Source of the DNA: Anaerolineales bacterium
GTDB taxonomy: Bacteria > Chloroflexota > Anaerolineae > Anaerolineales > DRMV01
Assembly: GCA_027053355.1 (NCBI GenBank)
Contig: JALUDX010000195.1
Span: 846-64,845 of the forward strand
DNA length: 64,000 nt
Direction of reading: 5' to 3'
In this document: positions 50,910-60,721 of the stretch, piece after piece
Position numbering within the stretch: the stretch's first letter is position 1
Layout of the letters: the number at the start of each line of letters is the position of its first letter
Translations under genes and position numbers: made by a program
The notes under the pieces: generated by a model
What the model saw: only the letters and a program-made list of their open reading frames with translations
Databases searched by the model: none
Told to the model about the DNA's origin: nothing

Positions 50910-52094
50910 TTAAGCAGGCGGGTTCGCGGCCAGAGCCATTGCTGCCGCGGCCATGATGGCCGTGCCCCGGGGGAGGACATTTTCGTCAATGTTGAACCGG
51001 GGGTGGTGGTGTCCCGCGTCCAGCCCTTTGGCCGGGTTGGCCGAGCCGACGAAGAAATAGCAGCCCGGAATGTCGTACATCATCAACGACATATCTTCCG
51101 CGCCCATGGTGCGCGCCGCGGGGTCGATGGTCGCCTCGGGGTAAAGCGCGGCGGCCGCCTCGCGTACCACCTGCGCCACCGCTGGCGCGTTCACCACCGC
51201 GGGGTTCATTTCCACAATCTCCACCTCCGCGCGGCAACCCAGCCCTTGCGCCACCCCGTGCGCGGTGCGCGTCACACGCATCCGCACCTCGCTGGCCACC
51301 TCGGCCTCGAACGTGCGGATAGTGCCTTCCAACACGGCTTCAGGAGGGATGATGTTGAACGCGGTGCCCGCGTGAAACGACGCCACGCTCACCACCGCGG
51401 CATCCAGGGGGTCCACATGCCGCGAAACCACACTTTGCAGCGCGGTGACCACCGAAGAAGCCGCGAGCACCGGGTCTTCGGTCACGTTGGGGTGGGCGGC
51501 GTGCCCGCCTTTGCCCAACACCCGAATGCGGAACATATCTGCCGCGGCCATGGTCGGGCCATCGGCAATGCCCAGCCATCCCAAGGGCTGCTCGTTCCAC
51601 ACGTGCATGGCCAACGCGTAATCCACGCCTTCTAACACGCCGTCGGCAATCATCTTTGCCGCACCGCCCAGGCCCTCTTCCGCGGGCTGGAACACGAACT
51701 TCACCGTGCCGTGCAGCGCGTCGCGATGGGCGCTCAGCAAACGCGCCACGGTCAACGCCATGGCCATGTGCGCGTCGTGGCCGCAGGCGTGCATCACCCC
51801 CGGCACTTCAGAAGCGTAGGGCACGTCGTTCTCCTCTTGAATGGGCAGGGCGTCCATATCCGCGCGCACCAAAATCGTGGGCCCCGGGTGCGCCCCCGTC
51901 AGCACCCCCACCACGCCGGTCTCGCCCACGCCTTCGGTCACCTGCAGGCCAAATTCCCGCAACAATTTGGCCACAATGCCAGCGGAACGGTGCTCCTGAA
52001 AGCCCAGTTCGGGGTGACGGTGAAAATCGCGGCGCAGGTCGCGCGTAAACGCGAAAAGCGCCTCTGCCTCAGCACGGAAATCAATCTCTGCCAT
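50910..52094 (-). CDS. M20-family amidohydrolase (N-acyl-amino-acid/hippurate hydrolase type)
   Basis: Start at MAEIDF (RBS AGGAGG 5-6 nt upstream). MHACGHDAH metal-binding motif, about 394 aa. Confidence 0.85.
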   Translation of the reverse strand: MAEIDFRAEAEALFAFTRDLRRDFHRHPELGFQEHRSAGIVAKLLREFGLQVTEGVGETGVVGVLTGAHPGPTILVRADMDALPIQEENDVPYASEVPGVMHACGHDAHMAMALTVARLLSAHRDALHGTVKFVFQPAEEGLGGAAKMIADGVLEGVDYALAMHVWNEQPLGWLGIADGPTMAAADMFRIRVLGKGGHAAHPNVTEDPVLAASSVVTALQSVVSRHVDPLDAAVVSVASFHAGTAFNIIPPEAVLEGTIRTFEAEVASEVRMRVTRTAHGVAQGLGCRAEVEIVEMNPAVVNAPAVAQVVREAAAALYPEATIDPAARTMGAEDMSLMMYDIPGCYFFVGSANPAKGLDAGHHHPRFNIDENVLPRGTAIMAAAAMALAANPPA

Positions 52095-52160
52095 TTCGAC
52101 CTCCTGGGAAGCCAAACGCCCGCCGCCAGGCGGGCGTAAGGTTGACTTTGAGGGAAGGCT

Positions 52161-53009
52161 TTACGCCCTCCGAGGAGCAGCGGCCTGCCCTTCAGGCCGT
52201 TGCAATTCGTCTTTGTGAAATTCGTGAATGCCGCCCTCGGCCAAGGCCACCAACACGGTCTGCTTGAGGGGGAAGACGTCGACCACCTTGCCTTCGCCTT
52301 GGGGCGTTTGCACCCGCTTTTTGCGCCGGGGCAGCCCTTTGGCGGCCTCTGCGTATTGCTCGTATTCGTACACCAGGCAGCAGCGCAGGCGGCCGCACAT
52401 GCCCGTGATTTCCGAAGGCGTGAGCGAAATGCCCTGCACTTTCGCCATTTTGATGGAAACCGGGCTAAAATCGGTGAGGAATTCCGCGCAACAGCGCACC
52501 TCGCGGCCGCACGCGCCCATGCCGGGCAACAGTTTGGCCACGTCGCGCGGCCCCACCCGGCGGAATTCCACCTGCCGCCGCGGGAACTTGCGGGCTAACT
52601 GGCCATGCAGTTTGCGGATGTCGGGCTTGGCGCCACCCACCACGCCATACAAAAAGGTGAGATACCGCTCATCGAAGGAAATCTCGGCCTCGACGATTTT
52701 GATCTCGGCGCATCCGAGGTCGCGGGCTTTTTGTTGGGCAGTGAGCAGGGCCTGGAGTTCCCGCTGGCGCAACAAACGGCGCAGGGTGAGGTCGCGGCCG
52801 GTGGCCTTGCGCAAGAGAGGCCGCCAGCCCTCTTCGGGCGGCTCGGTCGGCTCGGTGAGCACCCGCACTACCTCGCCAATCTGCAGGCCGCGGCGGCTGG
52901 GCACGATGACAAACTCGCCCGGCTGCACGTCGGGGCAGCAAGACGCCTCGTAATCATAAACCTTGCCCACCGGCCGGAAGCGCACACCCACGATATGCGG
53001 CATGGTCAT
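52161..53009 (-). CDS. PSP1-domain protein (YaaT/RicT-like)
   Basis: N-terminus IVGVRFRPVGKVYDYE, with Cys clusters CGREVRCCAEFL and CGRLRCCLVYE typical of the PSP1 C-terminal domain. Confidence 0.8.
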   Translation of the reverse strand: MTMPHIVGVRFRPVGKVYDYEASCCPDVQPGEFVIVPSRRGLQIGEVVRVLTEPTEPPEEGWRPLLRKATGRDLTLRRLLRQRELQALLTAQQKARDLGCAEIKIVEAEISFDERYLTFLYGVVGGAKPDIRKLHGQLARKFPRRQVEFRRVGPRDVAKLLPGMGACGREVRCCAEFLTDFSPVSIKMAKVQGISLTPSEITGMCGRLRCCLVYEYEQYAEAAKGLPRRKKRVQTPQGEGKVVDVFPLKQTVLVALAEGGIHEFHKDELQRPEGQAAAPRRA

Positions 53010-53021
53010 CGGCGTGTCCTG

Positions 53022-53849
53022 TCAGACCACCTGAATATCAACGGGAGAAGCGCCGCCAATTTCCGACAGGCGCGCGGCCACCTGTTGAGCGAGGGAAACG
53101 AACGTCTGCGCCACGGGCGATTCGGGCGCGCTGACCACGATGGGGCGCCCCTGGTCGCCGCCTTCTCGCACCGCGGGGTCGATGGGTATCGCCGCGAGGA
53201 AGGGCACGCCCGCGGCTTCGGCCAGCCGTTGGCCGCCGCCGCTGCCGAACAAGTCCATCCGGGTGCCGTCGGGCAGTTCCAGGTAACTCATGTTTTCCAC
53301 TACCCCTAAGACGGGCACTTTGAGTTGCTGGAACATCTGCAGGCTGCGGCTGGCATCTTCCAACGAAACCTGCTGCGGCAGGGTCACGATGAGCCCGCCG
53401 GCCAGGGGCAAGGTCTGCGTCAGGCTCAGCGGTGCGTCGCCGGTGCCCGGGGGCAGGTCGGCGATCAGGTAGTCCAGTTCCCCCCAATCGACATCGCCCA
53501 CAAACTGGCGGATGGCGGAATGGAGCATGGGCCCCCGCCAGATGAGCGCCTGACCAGGCCGCACCAAAAAGCCAATGGACACCAGTTTCACGCCAAAGGC
53601 TTCGGCAGGCTGGATGCGCCCTCCTTTGGCCGGGGGCAGGTGTTCCACACCCATCATGGTTGGGACGTTGGGGCCGTAAATGTCGGCATCGAGCAAGCCG
53701 ACCCGCGCGCCCTGTTGGGCCAGCGCCACGGCCAGGTTGACGGCAACGGTGCTTTTGCCTACACCGCCTTTGCCCGAAGCAACGGCAATCACATAACGAG
53801 CGGGTGATTTCATCAAACCACGACCGCCCGAAGGAGCAGCAGAAGCCAT
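53022..53849 (-). CDS. Mrp/NBP35/ApbC-family Fe-S cluster carrier ATPase
   Basis: Deviant Walker [11 protein letters not shown] and a C..C-free short form, 275 aa. An alternative start MKSPARY is at 53813. Confidence 0.85.
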   Translation of the reverse strand: MASAAPSGGRGLMKSPARYVIAVASGKGGVGKSTVAVNLAVALAQQGARVGLLDADIYGPNVPTMMGVEHLPPAKGGRIQPAEAFGVKLVSIGFLVRPGQALIWRGPMLHSAIRQFVGDVDWGELDYLIADLPPGTGDAPLSLTQTLPLAGGLIVTLPQQVSLEDASRSLQMFQQLKVPVLGVVENMSYLELPDGTRMDLFGSGGGQRLAEAAGVPFLAAIPIDPAVREGGDQGRPIVVSAPESPVAQTFVSLAQQVAARLSEIGGASPVDIQVV

Positions 53850-53892
53850 ACTTCACCTCATGGAAAAGAGTTTGTGATGTTGTAGCGTGCTG

Positions 53893-53901
53893 ATTATACC
53901 A
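53893..53901 (-). promoter_or_regulatory. candidate extended -10 promoter TGGTATAAT (minus strand) for the mrp-PSP1 unit
   Basis: The reverse complement of ATTATACCA is TGGTATAAT, about 45 nt upstream of the 53849 start. Confidence 0.45.
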
Positions 53902-53946
53902 TCCGTCGCGGCGCCCCCCAACGTCTGGGCATTCTTTGGCAGGGCC

Positions 53947-54004
53947 GTCACCGTTGAGTCTCAAAGAGACTCTACGGATTGCGCAGGCGGAAAATCACAC
54001 AAGA
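53947..54004 (+). repeat. type-B left-arm fragment abutting a type-A element
   Basis: GTCACCGTTGAGTCTCAAAGAGACTCTACGGATTGCGCAGGCGGAAAATCACAC parallels 41232..41285 and 21678..21728. Confidence 0.6.
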
Positions 54005-54210
54005 GTAACTATTCAGCCACAAGGGAATAGACCACGGATAGCACGGATTTTTAGGTCGCCAAGGTCGCCAAGATGACGCCAAGACCGCCAAGAAGCGAGG
54101 ACGAGCGTGGGCTTTTTAGTATTTTTCGCCCAATCTGTGCTAATCTGTGAAATCTATGGTTGTCTTTCTGCATAATCTGTGGTTTCTTCTTGCCAAGGCT
54201 GAACAGTTAC
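54005..54210 (+). mobile_element. type-A MITE-like element (206 bp), complete
   Basis: TIRs GTAACTATTCAGCC / GGCTGAACAGTTAC. Same length as, and colinear with, 4414..4619. No TSD (flanks ACACAAGA vs GATAGGTC), possibly because it sits in a mosaic. Confidence 0.8.
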
Positions 54211-54306
54211 GATAGGTCTTTACAAGGCACAGCGTTCTCTGTGGAATGGCTCGGCAAGCCGCCCCCGTCAAGGGCTGCGAGGCGCGCCTCGGCGGCCTCA
54301 CCCCCG

Positions 54307-54639
54307 TCATCGTGCGGCGAGTTCGTGGCTCGACAAAAAAGTGCGGATCTCTTCGCAAGCCTGCTGATATTCGGCCAACAGGGCCTGGTCATCCCCCTTG
54401 AAGCGTTCGACCGCGCGGCGGGCGCACGCGGCGCAGCCGCGAATCGCCCGCTGGCTGTCGATGGTGCATGTGCCGCAGCGGGCGAGGCGGGTCATCATTA
54501 AAACAAAGCCCAGGCGTTCTACCGAGGCGGCAGGTTGCTGCCGCACCTCGTCGACCAGGGCTTGCCAGGTTTCACCCCGCAGATCACGCAACGTGCTGAT
54601 CAAACGGGCGGGGAAAAGCAGTTCCAGATGGTCGTACAA
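54307..54639 (-). CDS. hypothetical 110-aa protein with CxxC-x10-CxxC motif
   Basis: RCGTCTIDSQRAIRGCAACARR. Downstream of nuoI on the same strand. No family recognised. Confidence 0.45.
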   Translation of the reverse strand: MYDHLELLFPARLISTLRDLRGETWQALVDEVRQQPAASVERLGFVLMMTRLARCGTCTIDSQRAIRGCAACARRAVERFKGDDQALLAEYQQACEEIRTFLSSHELAAR

Positions 54640-54780
54640 TCGCCCTCCGGGGGAAGCAACGATTCAGCCTCAACCGAAGACACATCGGCGTCTCTCTGCG
54701 TTAAATCCGCCAGCCGCGGCTCGGAGCGGGTTGGCGGCCAAGCGGGGCTCAGCCGCCAACCCTTGGAAACAGCCCGCTTC

Positions 54781-55452
54781 CTACTCCTTCTTCGCTTGCT
54801 GTGCCTTAGCCTTGGCTTTGGCGGCCCGAGCCGCAGCGGCTTTTGCCCGCGCCTCTGCTGCTTTCCGCTTGGCCTCTTCGGCCTTGCGGCGGGCTTCTTC
54901 TTCCCGCTTGTAATTTTCGGGGCGAATCTGGGCGTAGTAAGACACCGGTTTCAGCAATTTCTGCAGGTCGAAGATGTTGTCGGCTTTGCGGTCATAGGTC
55001 GCCAACTCGTAATTGTGATCCATCTTGATGGAATCGAAGGGGCAGTATTCCGCACACAGGCCGCAGTTCATGCACATGTCGATATCGATGTAAAACTCGG
55101 CCGGTTTGGGGCGAGGCCGCCCGGTTTTCGGGTCTTTCGAGCGCACAATCCAGATACATTGCGCGGGGCACACCTTGGTGCAGATGCCGCAAGCCGTGCA
55201 GCGCGGATCCAGGGTGCCGTCTTCTTGCTCTTCGCCCACCAAAAAGGGCACAAAGCGAAATTCTTCGGGCACCGGCAGTTTTTCATCCGGGTATTGAATG
55301 GTGAAAATACCCTGCACCTCTGCACTGCTACGGTAGGCAATGCCCTCGTCGGTGCGGTAGCGCGCCTTGCCGCGCTTGAAATCGTCCACGTAGGTGGCAA
55401 TCAGGCGCTTAATGGTTACGCCCAAACCTTTGAGGATTCCGGAACCATCCAT
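54781..55452 (-). CDS. nuoI: NADH-quinone oxidoreductase subunit I with Lys/Ala-rich C-terminal extension
   Basis: Two 4Fe-4S motifs, CTACGICTKVCP and CMNCGLCAEYCP. The C-terminal tail of about 45 aa reads EEARRKAEEAKRKAAEARAKAAAARAAKAKAKAQQAKKE. Confidence 0.85.
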   Translation of the reverse strand: MDGSGILKGLGVTIKRLIATYVDDFKRGKARYRTDEGIAYRSSAEVQGIFTIQYPDEKLPVPEEFRFVPFLVGEEQEDGTLDPRCTACGICTKVCPAQCIWIVRSKDPKTGRPRPKPAEFYIDIDMCMNCGLCAEYCPFDSIKMDHNYELATYDRKADNIFDLQKLLKPVSYYAQIRPENYKREEEARRKAEEAKRKAAEARAKAAAARAAKAKAKAQQAKKE

Positions 55453-55464
55453 GGCACACTCCGT

Positions 55465-57213
55465 TTAGCGGTCGGTTTCGCCCAACACGATGTCGATCGA
55501 GCCGAGAATGATCACCGTGTCGGCCACTTTTTGGCCTTTGGTCATTTCAGCCAGCGCGGTCAGGTTGATGAACGATGGCGCCCGCACGTGATAGCGCCAC
55601 GGGTTGCCTTTGCCCGTCGAGACCACATAAAAGCCCAGTTCGCCTTTCGGCCCTTCCACCCGACCGTAGGACTCGCCCGCCGGGACCCGATGCTGATATT
55701 GCGGCTTGCCGCTCATAATCGGCCCTTCGGGAATCTGCTGCAAAGCCTGCTGAATGATGCGAATGCTCTGCCGCACCTCGTCCATGCGGATCAGGTAGCG
55801 GTCGTACACGTCGCCGTGGTAGCGCACGGCCACGTCGAAGTCGAACCGGTCGTAGATGCTGTAAGGCTCAGCCCGGCGCACGTCGTAAGGCACACCCGAA
55901 GCCCGCAACACCGGGCCCGCGGCCGAGTAAGCGATGGCCTGTTCGGGGGTCAGCACGCCTACGCCTTCACCGCGCACGCGTACGATTTCGCTGTTGGTCA
56001 GGTAGCGGTCGAGTTCGTCGATCCGCCGCGGCAGGCGCTCGAAGGCCAAGTCGTGGATTTTCTTCATCACGTCCTCGGGGATGTCGCGCGCCACCCCGCC
56101 AAAGCGGAAGTAATTGACCATCATCCGCGACCCGGCAACGGCCTCGAACACATCCAAAATCAGTTCCCGCTCTTCGATGGCATACAGCGAGGGCGTGAAA
56201 TACGCGCCCATGTCGTTCAAGAACATGCCGATGGCGAAAATGTGATTTTGGATACGGGTGAGTTCCGCCATGATGACGCGGATGTACTCCGCCCGCTCAG
56301 GGGGTTTCACCCCGAGGAGTTTTTCCACCGCTAAGGCGTAGCCAAAGTTGTTACTCATCGGCGAGAGGTAATCCAACCGGTCAGTGAACGGCATGTTCAT
56401 CAACCAGGTGTTGCGCTCGCCGATTTTTTCGTGATTGCGGTGCAGGTAGCCCATCACCGGTTCCAAATCCACCACGGTTTCGCCGTCCAAGGTCACCACC
56501 ATGCGAAACACGCCGTGGGTGGAAGGGTGCTGGGGCCCCAGGTTGACCACGATTTGCTCGGTGGGCAAGTCGTCCGAGGCTTTCTCTACCCGCCCCAAGC
56601 CTTCGTAAATCAAGGCGTTGGTGTTGTCGGGCGTCCACTGGGCAGGGTCGAAGCCCGCGGGGTAATCCACGTTTTTGCCGAAGGGGTTGCGCTCTTCGGC
56701 GCGGAAGACCTTGCCCTCGGGGAAACGGCTCTTGTAAGGCTTGTGTTCGGCCTCAAAATACGGTTCCCGCCAATCTTTGCGCAGCGGGTGGCCGTGGAAG
56801 CCTTCCCACAACAAAATCCGTTTCAAGTTGGGGTGGCCTTCGAACTTGATCCCCAGCAGGTCCCACGCCTCGCGCTCCTGGAAATCTGCGCCGGGGTAAA
56901 TGGGGACTAAAGAAGGCACCACCGGGTTGTCTCTGGGCACCTGCACTTTGAACACCAACGCGGGCCCGCCGGTGGTTTTGTACGCGTGGTACACCACCTC
57001 CATTTGGCCTTGGGGGAGGTAATCCACGCCGGTCACCGACGAGAGATAATCGTAGCCCAGTTCATCGCGCAGGGTGCGGGCAAAGTCGGTCAAAGCGTTG
57101 GCCTCGACCACATAGCCCTCGTAGCCTTTACGCTCGTCCTTCCGCACCACTTTGGGGAAACGAGAAAGCAGCGTATCTTCTTCGTTTTGAATCATCACCG
57201 TTTGTTCGCTCAT
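55465..57213 (-). CDS. nuoCD: fused NADH-quinone oxidoreductase subunits C and D
   Basis: 582 aa. The N-terminal 30-kDa NuoC part has [18 protein letters not shown]. The NuoD part has [22 protein letters not shown] and ends IVLGETDR. Confidence 0.9.
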   Translation of the reverse strand: MSEQTVMIQNEEDTLLSRFPKVVRKDERKGYEGYVVEANALTDFARTLRDELGYDYLSSVTGVDYLPQGQMEVVYHAYKTTGGPALVFKVQVPRDNPVVPSLVPIYPGADFQEREAWDLLGIKFEGHPNLKRILLWEGFHGHPLRKDWREPYFEAEHKPYKSRFPEGKVFRAEERNPFGKNVDYPAGFDPAQWTPDNTNALIYEGLGRVEKASDDLPTEQIVVNLGPQHPSTHGVFRMVVTLDGETVVDLEPVMGYLHRNHEKIGERNTWLMNMPFTDRLDYLSPMSNNFGYALAVEKLLGVKPPERAEYIRVIMAELTRIQNHIFAIGMFLNDMGAYFTPSLYAIEERELILDVFEAVAGSRMMVNYFRFGGVARDIPEDVMKKIHDLAFERLPRRIDELDRYLTNSEIVRVRGEGVGVLTPEQAIAYSAAGPVLRASGVPYDVRRAEPYSIYDRFDFDVAVRYHGDVYDRYLIRMDEVRQSIRIIQQALQQIPEGPIMSGKPQYQHRVPAGESYGRVEGPKGELGFYVVSTGKGNPWRYHVRAPSFINLTALAEMTKGQKVADTVIILGSIDIVLGETDR

Positions 57214-57227
57214 GGAACCACTCCCAC

Positions 57228-57896
57228 TTAGGCTTGGGCGGCTTCGGGTTCAGCGGCCGCGGCGGCCTCTTGTTCGGCCTTTTGGCGGGTGTATTCGCGG
57301 ATCCGGTCATATTCCCGCGGGTCCATCACGTCGGGCCCCAACACCGGGATGGGAATCATCTCGGCCCGACGGCCGTAGACCTCTTTGATGGTCTGACGAT
57401 CCACTTTTTCTTGCAATTTCATCAGACCGTAAATCAGGGCTTGAGGGGTCGGCGGGCAGCCGGGGATGTACACATCCACCGGCAGGTATTGGTCGATGCC
57501 CGAGACCACGTTGTACCCTTCTTTGAAGGGGCCGCCGCCCGAAGCGCACGCGCCCATGGCCACCACGTATTTGGGCTCTGCCATCTGGTTATAAAGGCGC
57601 ACCACCTGGGGCAGCATCTTCTTGGTGACCGTCCCCGCGACGATCATCACGTCGGCCTGGCGGGGGCTAGCGCGCATCACTTCCATCCCAAAGCGGGCGA
57701 AATCGAAGCGGGCTGCTGCCGTACAGATCATCTCGATCGCGCAGCAGGCCAGGCCGAACATCATCGGCCAGAGGGAATTGCGCCGCCCCCAGTTGTAGAT
57801 ACGATCCAGCGTGGTGATCGTAACCACCCCTTGCAGGTCTTCGGGGATCGGGTATTGGGGGGAATTCAAACCCTCATCCTTTGGTTTTGTGCTCAT
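57228..57896 (-). CDS. nuoB: NADH-quinone oxidoreductase subunit B
   Basis: [19 protein letters not shown] and PGCPP motifs (cluster N2 ligands). Confidence 0.9.
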   Translation of the reverse strand: MSTKPKDEGLNSPQYPIPEDLQGVVTITTLDRIYNWGRRNSLWPMMFGLACCAIEMICTAAARFDFARFGMEVMRASPRQADVMIVAGTVTKKMLPQVVRLYNQMAEPKYVVAMGACASGGGPFKEGYNVVSGIDQYLPVDVYIPGCPPTPQALIYGLMKLQEKVDRQTIKEVYGRRAEMIPIPVLGPDVMDPREYDRIREYTRQKAEQEAAAAAEPEAAQA

Positions 57897-57926
57897 AGAC
57901 CTTCTCCTCGGGTAGGATGGGACCGT

Positions 57927-58148
57927 TCAGCCTTGCTCTTCTTCTAAGGTCATTTCCAACCATTCGCGATAAATCGCCAACAGAATGTCGTCGTTGGCCA
58001 AAGCGGGGTCGTCGTCGAAGTCGGGCTGCGCCACCACCCAGCGGTAAATCTGACGCAACGAAACTTCGCTCAAATCCTCTGCCGGGTGCTGCTTGCGCAG
58101 GCGCTCGGCCAACGCGTAGGTGGCTTCCCAGGTCAACGGTTCACACAT
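57927..58148 (-). CDS. iscX: IscX (YfhJ)-like Fe-S assembly accessory protein
   Basis: 73 aa, colinear with E. coli IscX as recalled (LTWE...DFDDDPALANDDILLAIYREWLE vs LKWT...[24 protein letters not shown]). Confidence 0.7.
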   Translation of the reverse strand: MCEPLTWEATYALAERLRKQHPAEDLSEVSLRQIYRWVVAQPDFDDDPALANDDILLAIYREWLEMTLEEEQG

Positions 58149-58335
58149 GCCAGCCTCTGCGCTTTGCTACAGTGACTCGCTTTGCAGCCAACGCCTCAAA
58201 TTATACCCCGCTTTGGCGACGAATTACGCGAATTTTCTTTTTCGTAATTCGGCATCGCACCGTATTTACGAAAAGACTTTTTCGCGAAAATCATAGGGTG
58301 CGGTGCACGGGCCGTGCACGCCACACCGGCCGGCC

Positions 58336-60177
58336 TCATTCCACAGTCACCGATTTGGCCAGGTTCCGCGGCTGGTCCACATCCAACCCGCGCATGGCCG
58401 CGATGTGATAGGCCAACATCTGCAAAGGCACCACCGTGACCACCGGGCTCAACAGCCAGGGCGTGGGCGGCACCCACAGCACTGCATCGGCCAAGGGCGG
58501 AATCAGGGTATCCCCTTCGGTCACCACGGCAACGACCGGCGCGCCCCGCGCCTTGGCCTGCTCTACCTGGCTCACCATTTTTTCGTACCAGGGGTCGCGG
58601 GGCGCGAGGGCGATGACCGGCGTTTCTTCGTCCAAGAGCGCGATGGGGCCGTGCTTCATCTCGCCCGCGGGGTAGCCCTCCGCGTGAATGTAGGAAATTT
58701 CTTTGAGTTTGAGCGCACCTTCGTAGGCGGTGGCCATGTTGATGCCGCGGCCGATGTACAGGCAACTGCGCACGTCTTTCAACTGCCGGGCGACCGCGAT
58801 CACCTCTTCCTCCCGTTCTAACACCTGGCTCACCAGATAGGGCACGAGGCGCAAATCGGCCACCAAGCGGCGGCGTTCCGCAGCGGGCAAGGTGCCCCGC
58901 AAATCGCCCAACAACACGGCCAGCATGTACAAATCCACCAAGGGCGCGGTGTAGGCTTTGGTCGAAGCCACGCCGATTTCGGGGCCCACTTGCATGGAAA
59001 TGTAGCCCTGGGCAATGCGCATGGCCTGGGAGCCAATGGCGTTGACGATCGACCACAGGGTCGCCCCTTTGCGCCGTCCCTCTTCCATCGCGGCCAAGGT
59101 ATCGGCCGTCTCGCCCGATTGGCTTATGGCTAACACCACATCGTCGGGCCCCACCAGGGGGTCGGCATAGCGAAACTCCGAGGCCACCATCACTTCCACA
59201 GGCACCCGCGCGATGCGTTCCAACAGGGTTTTGCCCACCAGCCCGGCGTGGTAAGCCGTGCCGCAGGCGGTGATGAAAATTTTGCGCACCCGGCGGGCAA
59301 GTTCCGGGGTCAGGTTGAGGGTGTCCAGATAAATTTTTCCGCCTTCGAAGTCGACACGGCCGGCAATGGTGTCGGTCAGGCCGCGCACCTGCTCGTGAAT
59401 TTCTTTTTGCATGAAATGGCGGTATTCGCCCTTTTCCGCCGCCACCGGATCCCACGGCACCACGGTCGGTTGCAGGGGCTGCGGGTTGCCGTCGAGATCC
59501 ATCAGGTGCACGGCATCCCGCTGCACCACCACCATTTGCCGCGGCTCTAAAAAGGCCACCCGCCGGGTATGCTCCAAAATCGCGGGCAGGTCAGAAGCCA
59601 CCAGCATTTCGTCCTCGCCCAGGCCCACCACAATGCCGCCCGCGTTGCCCAGCCGCGCGGCCACGATTTTGTCGGGCTCCAAAGCCGACATGACCACCAC
59701 CGCGTTGGAACCCTCCAACAATTGCAGGGTTTGGCGCACGGCCTCGACCAGGCCGGTCTCGCGGCTGAGGAAGCGTTCGATCAAATGGGCAATGACCTCG
59801 CTGTCGGTCTCGGAGCGGAAATGGGCGCCTTCTGCGGCCAGTTCGTCACGCAAGGCGAGGAAGTTTTCCACAATGCCGTTGTGCACCACCACCACTTGCC
59901 CGCGATCGCTCACGTGGGGGTGGGCATTGCGCTGCGAAGGCTCGCCGTGGGTCGCCCAGCGGGTATGGCCGATGCCCACATGGCCGCTCAGGGGTTGCGC
60001 TTCGACCAATGCCTGCAGGCGATGCAACTTCCCCACCGCGCGGCGCAATTGCACGCCCCGCTCGGTGAGCACGGCCAGCCCCGCCGAGTCGTAGCCGCGG
60101 TATTCCAACCGCTTCAAGCCGTTGAGGATGATTGGCGTCGCGTCTCGAGGCCCAATATAGCCCACAATGCCACACAT
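58336..60177 (-). CDS. glmS: glutamine--fructose-6-phosphate aminotransferase
   Basis: Start at MCGIVGY (Cys nucleophile must follow Met; RBS GGAGGTG 5 nt upstream). Two SIS domains, and the C-terminus ends AKSVTVE. Confidence 0.93.
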   Translation of the reverse strand: MCGIVGYIGPRDATPIILNGLKRLEYRGYDSAGLAVLTERGVQLRRAVGKLHRLQALVEAQPLSGHVGIGHTRWATHGEPSQRNAHPHVSDRGQVVVVHNGIVENFLALRDELAAEGAHFRSETDSEVIAHLIERFLSRETGLVEAVRQTLQLLEGSNAVVVMSALEPDKIVAARLGNAGGIVVGLGEDEMLVASDLPAILEHTRRVAFLEPRQMVVVQRDAVHLMDLDGNPQPLQPTVVPWDPVAAEKGEYRHFMQKEIHEQVRGLTDTIAGRVDFEGGKIYLDTLNLTPELARRVRKIFITACGTAYHAGLVGKTLLERIARVPVEVMVASEFRYADPLVGPDDVVLAISQSGETADTLAAMEEGRRKGATLWSIVNAIGSQAMRIAQGYISMQVGPEIGVASTKAYTAPLVDLYMLAVLLGDLRGTLPAAERRRLVADLRLVPYLVSQVLEREEEVIAVARQLKDVRSCLYIGRGINMATAYEGALKLKEISYIHAEGYPAGEMKHGPIALLDEETPVIALAPRDPWYEKMVSQVEQAKARGAPVVAVVTEGDTLIPPLADAVLWVPPTPWLLSPVVTVVPLQMLAYHIAAMRGLDVDQPRNLAKSVTVE

Positions 60178-60200
60178 GGTCACCTCCATGGCGTCTGATG

Positions 60201-60375
60201 GTATTCGGCAGCCTCAGGGAAGGGAAACCGCAGATTGCGCAGAAAAAATTTCACAGATTCGCCCCGATGAGGCGAAAACGTCACAAGGCACGGATCTCGC
60301 TCATGTCTTTCGGTGAAACAGTGTTCGAGAAATCCGTGTCGTCCGTGGTCTATTCCCTTGTGGCTGAACTGGGGT
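60201..60375 (-). mobile_element. diverged type-A-like element, inverted orientation
   Basis: GTATTCGGCAGCC...GGAAACCGCAGATTGCGCAGAAAAAATTTCACAGATTCGCC...CCGTGTCGTCCGTGGTCTATTCCCTTGTGGCTGAACTGG is colinear with the 62515..62719 copy but has a shorter centre and degenerate ends. Confidence 0.6.
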
Positions 60376-60684
60376 TCGCAAACGCCACGCCTGAGCGTTT
60401 TGTCCGCGGAATTACTTCCACGGCGTTGTGGCTCAGGTCGTCAATTCCCCCTGATGGTGGAGGGCCGGGGTGTGGCATCCCCGGGAGGGCATCCGCCGAT
60501 CCTTCGATTTTCCCGCCCGGTGGCTCCGAGCGGTTAGCCTTGCCTCGCGACAAGGAACCCTCATCCTCGTCACCCGCGCGCACGCGGGCCTGGCGCTCTT
60601 CCCTCCGATGGGTTGTCGTTTGAGATGGCACCTCCTGAAGGGTGGTTTGCGGGGTGATTGTATCACAATTCGCGGCGCTGGCCG

Positions 60685-60693
60685 TGGTAGAAT
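60685..60693 (+). promoter_or_regulatory. candidate extended -10 promoter TGGTAGAAT for transaldolase
   Basis: TGnTAGAAT 29 nt upstream of the ATG at 60722. Confidence 0.5.
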
Positions 60694-60721
60694 GACCCCA
60701 TCCTTTTCTCAGGAGCGCCCC

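Noticed and set aside
54535-56334. 599-aa plus-strand ORF across nuoI/nuoCD, and similar ones (57234..57947, 58303..60198, 47267..48535, 18089..19183).
   Set aside because: They are antisense to strongly supported genes (nuo, glmS, ABC ATPase, repeat protein) and have no recognisable motifs.
58200-58205. A minus-strand TATAAT (GGGTATAAT) about 50 nt upstream of iscX as the nuo-cluster promoter.
   Set aside because: There is no TGn and no convincing -35. It is plausible but unsupported without TSS data.
60178-60430. A glmS ribozyme upstream of glmS.
   Set aside because: The 5' region is occupied by a diverged type-A repeat starting 23 nt from the ATG. I could not find the conserved ribozyme core by eye. 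A cmsearch with the Rfam glmS ribozyme model would settle it.
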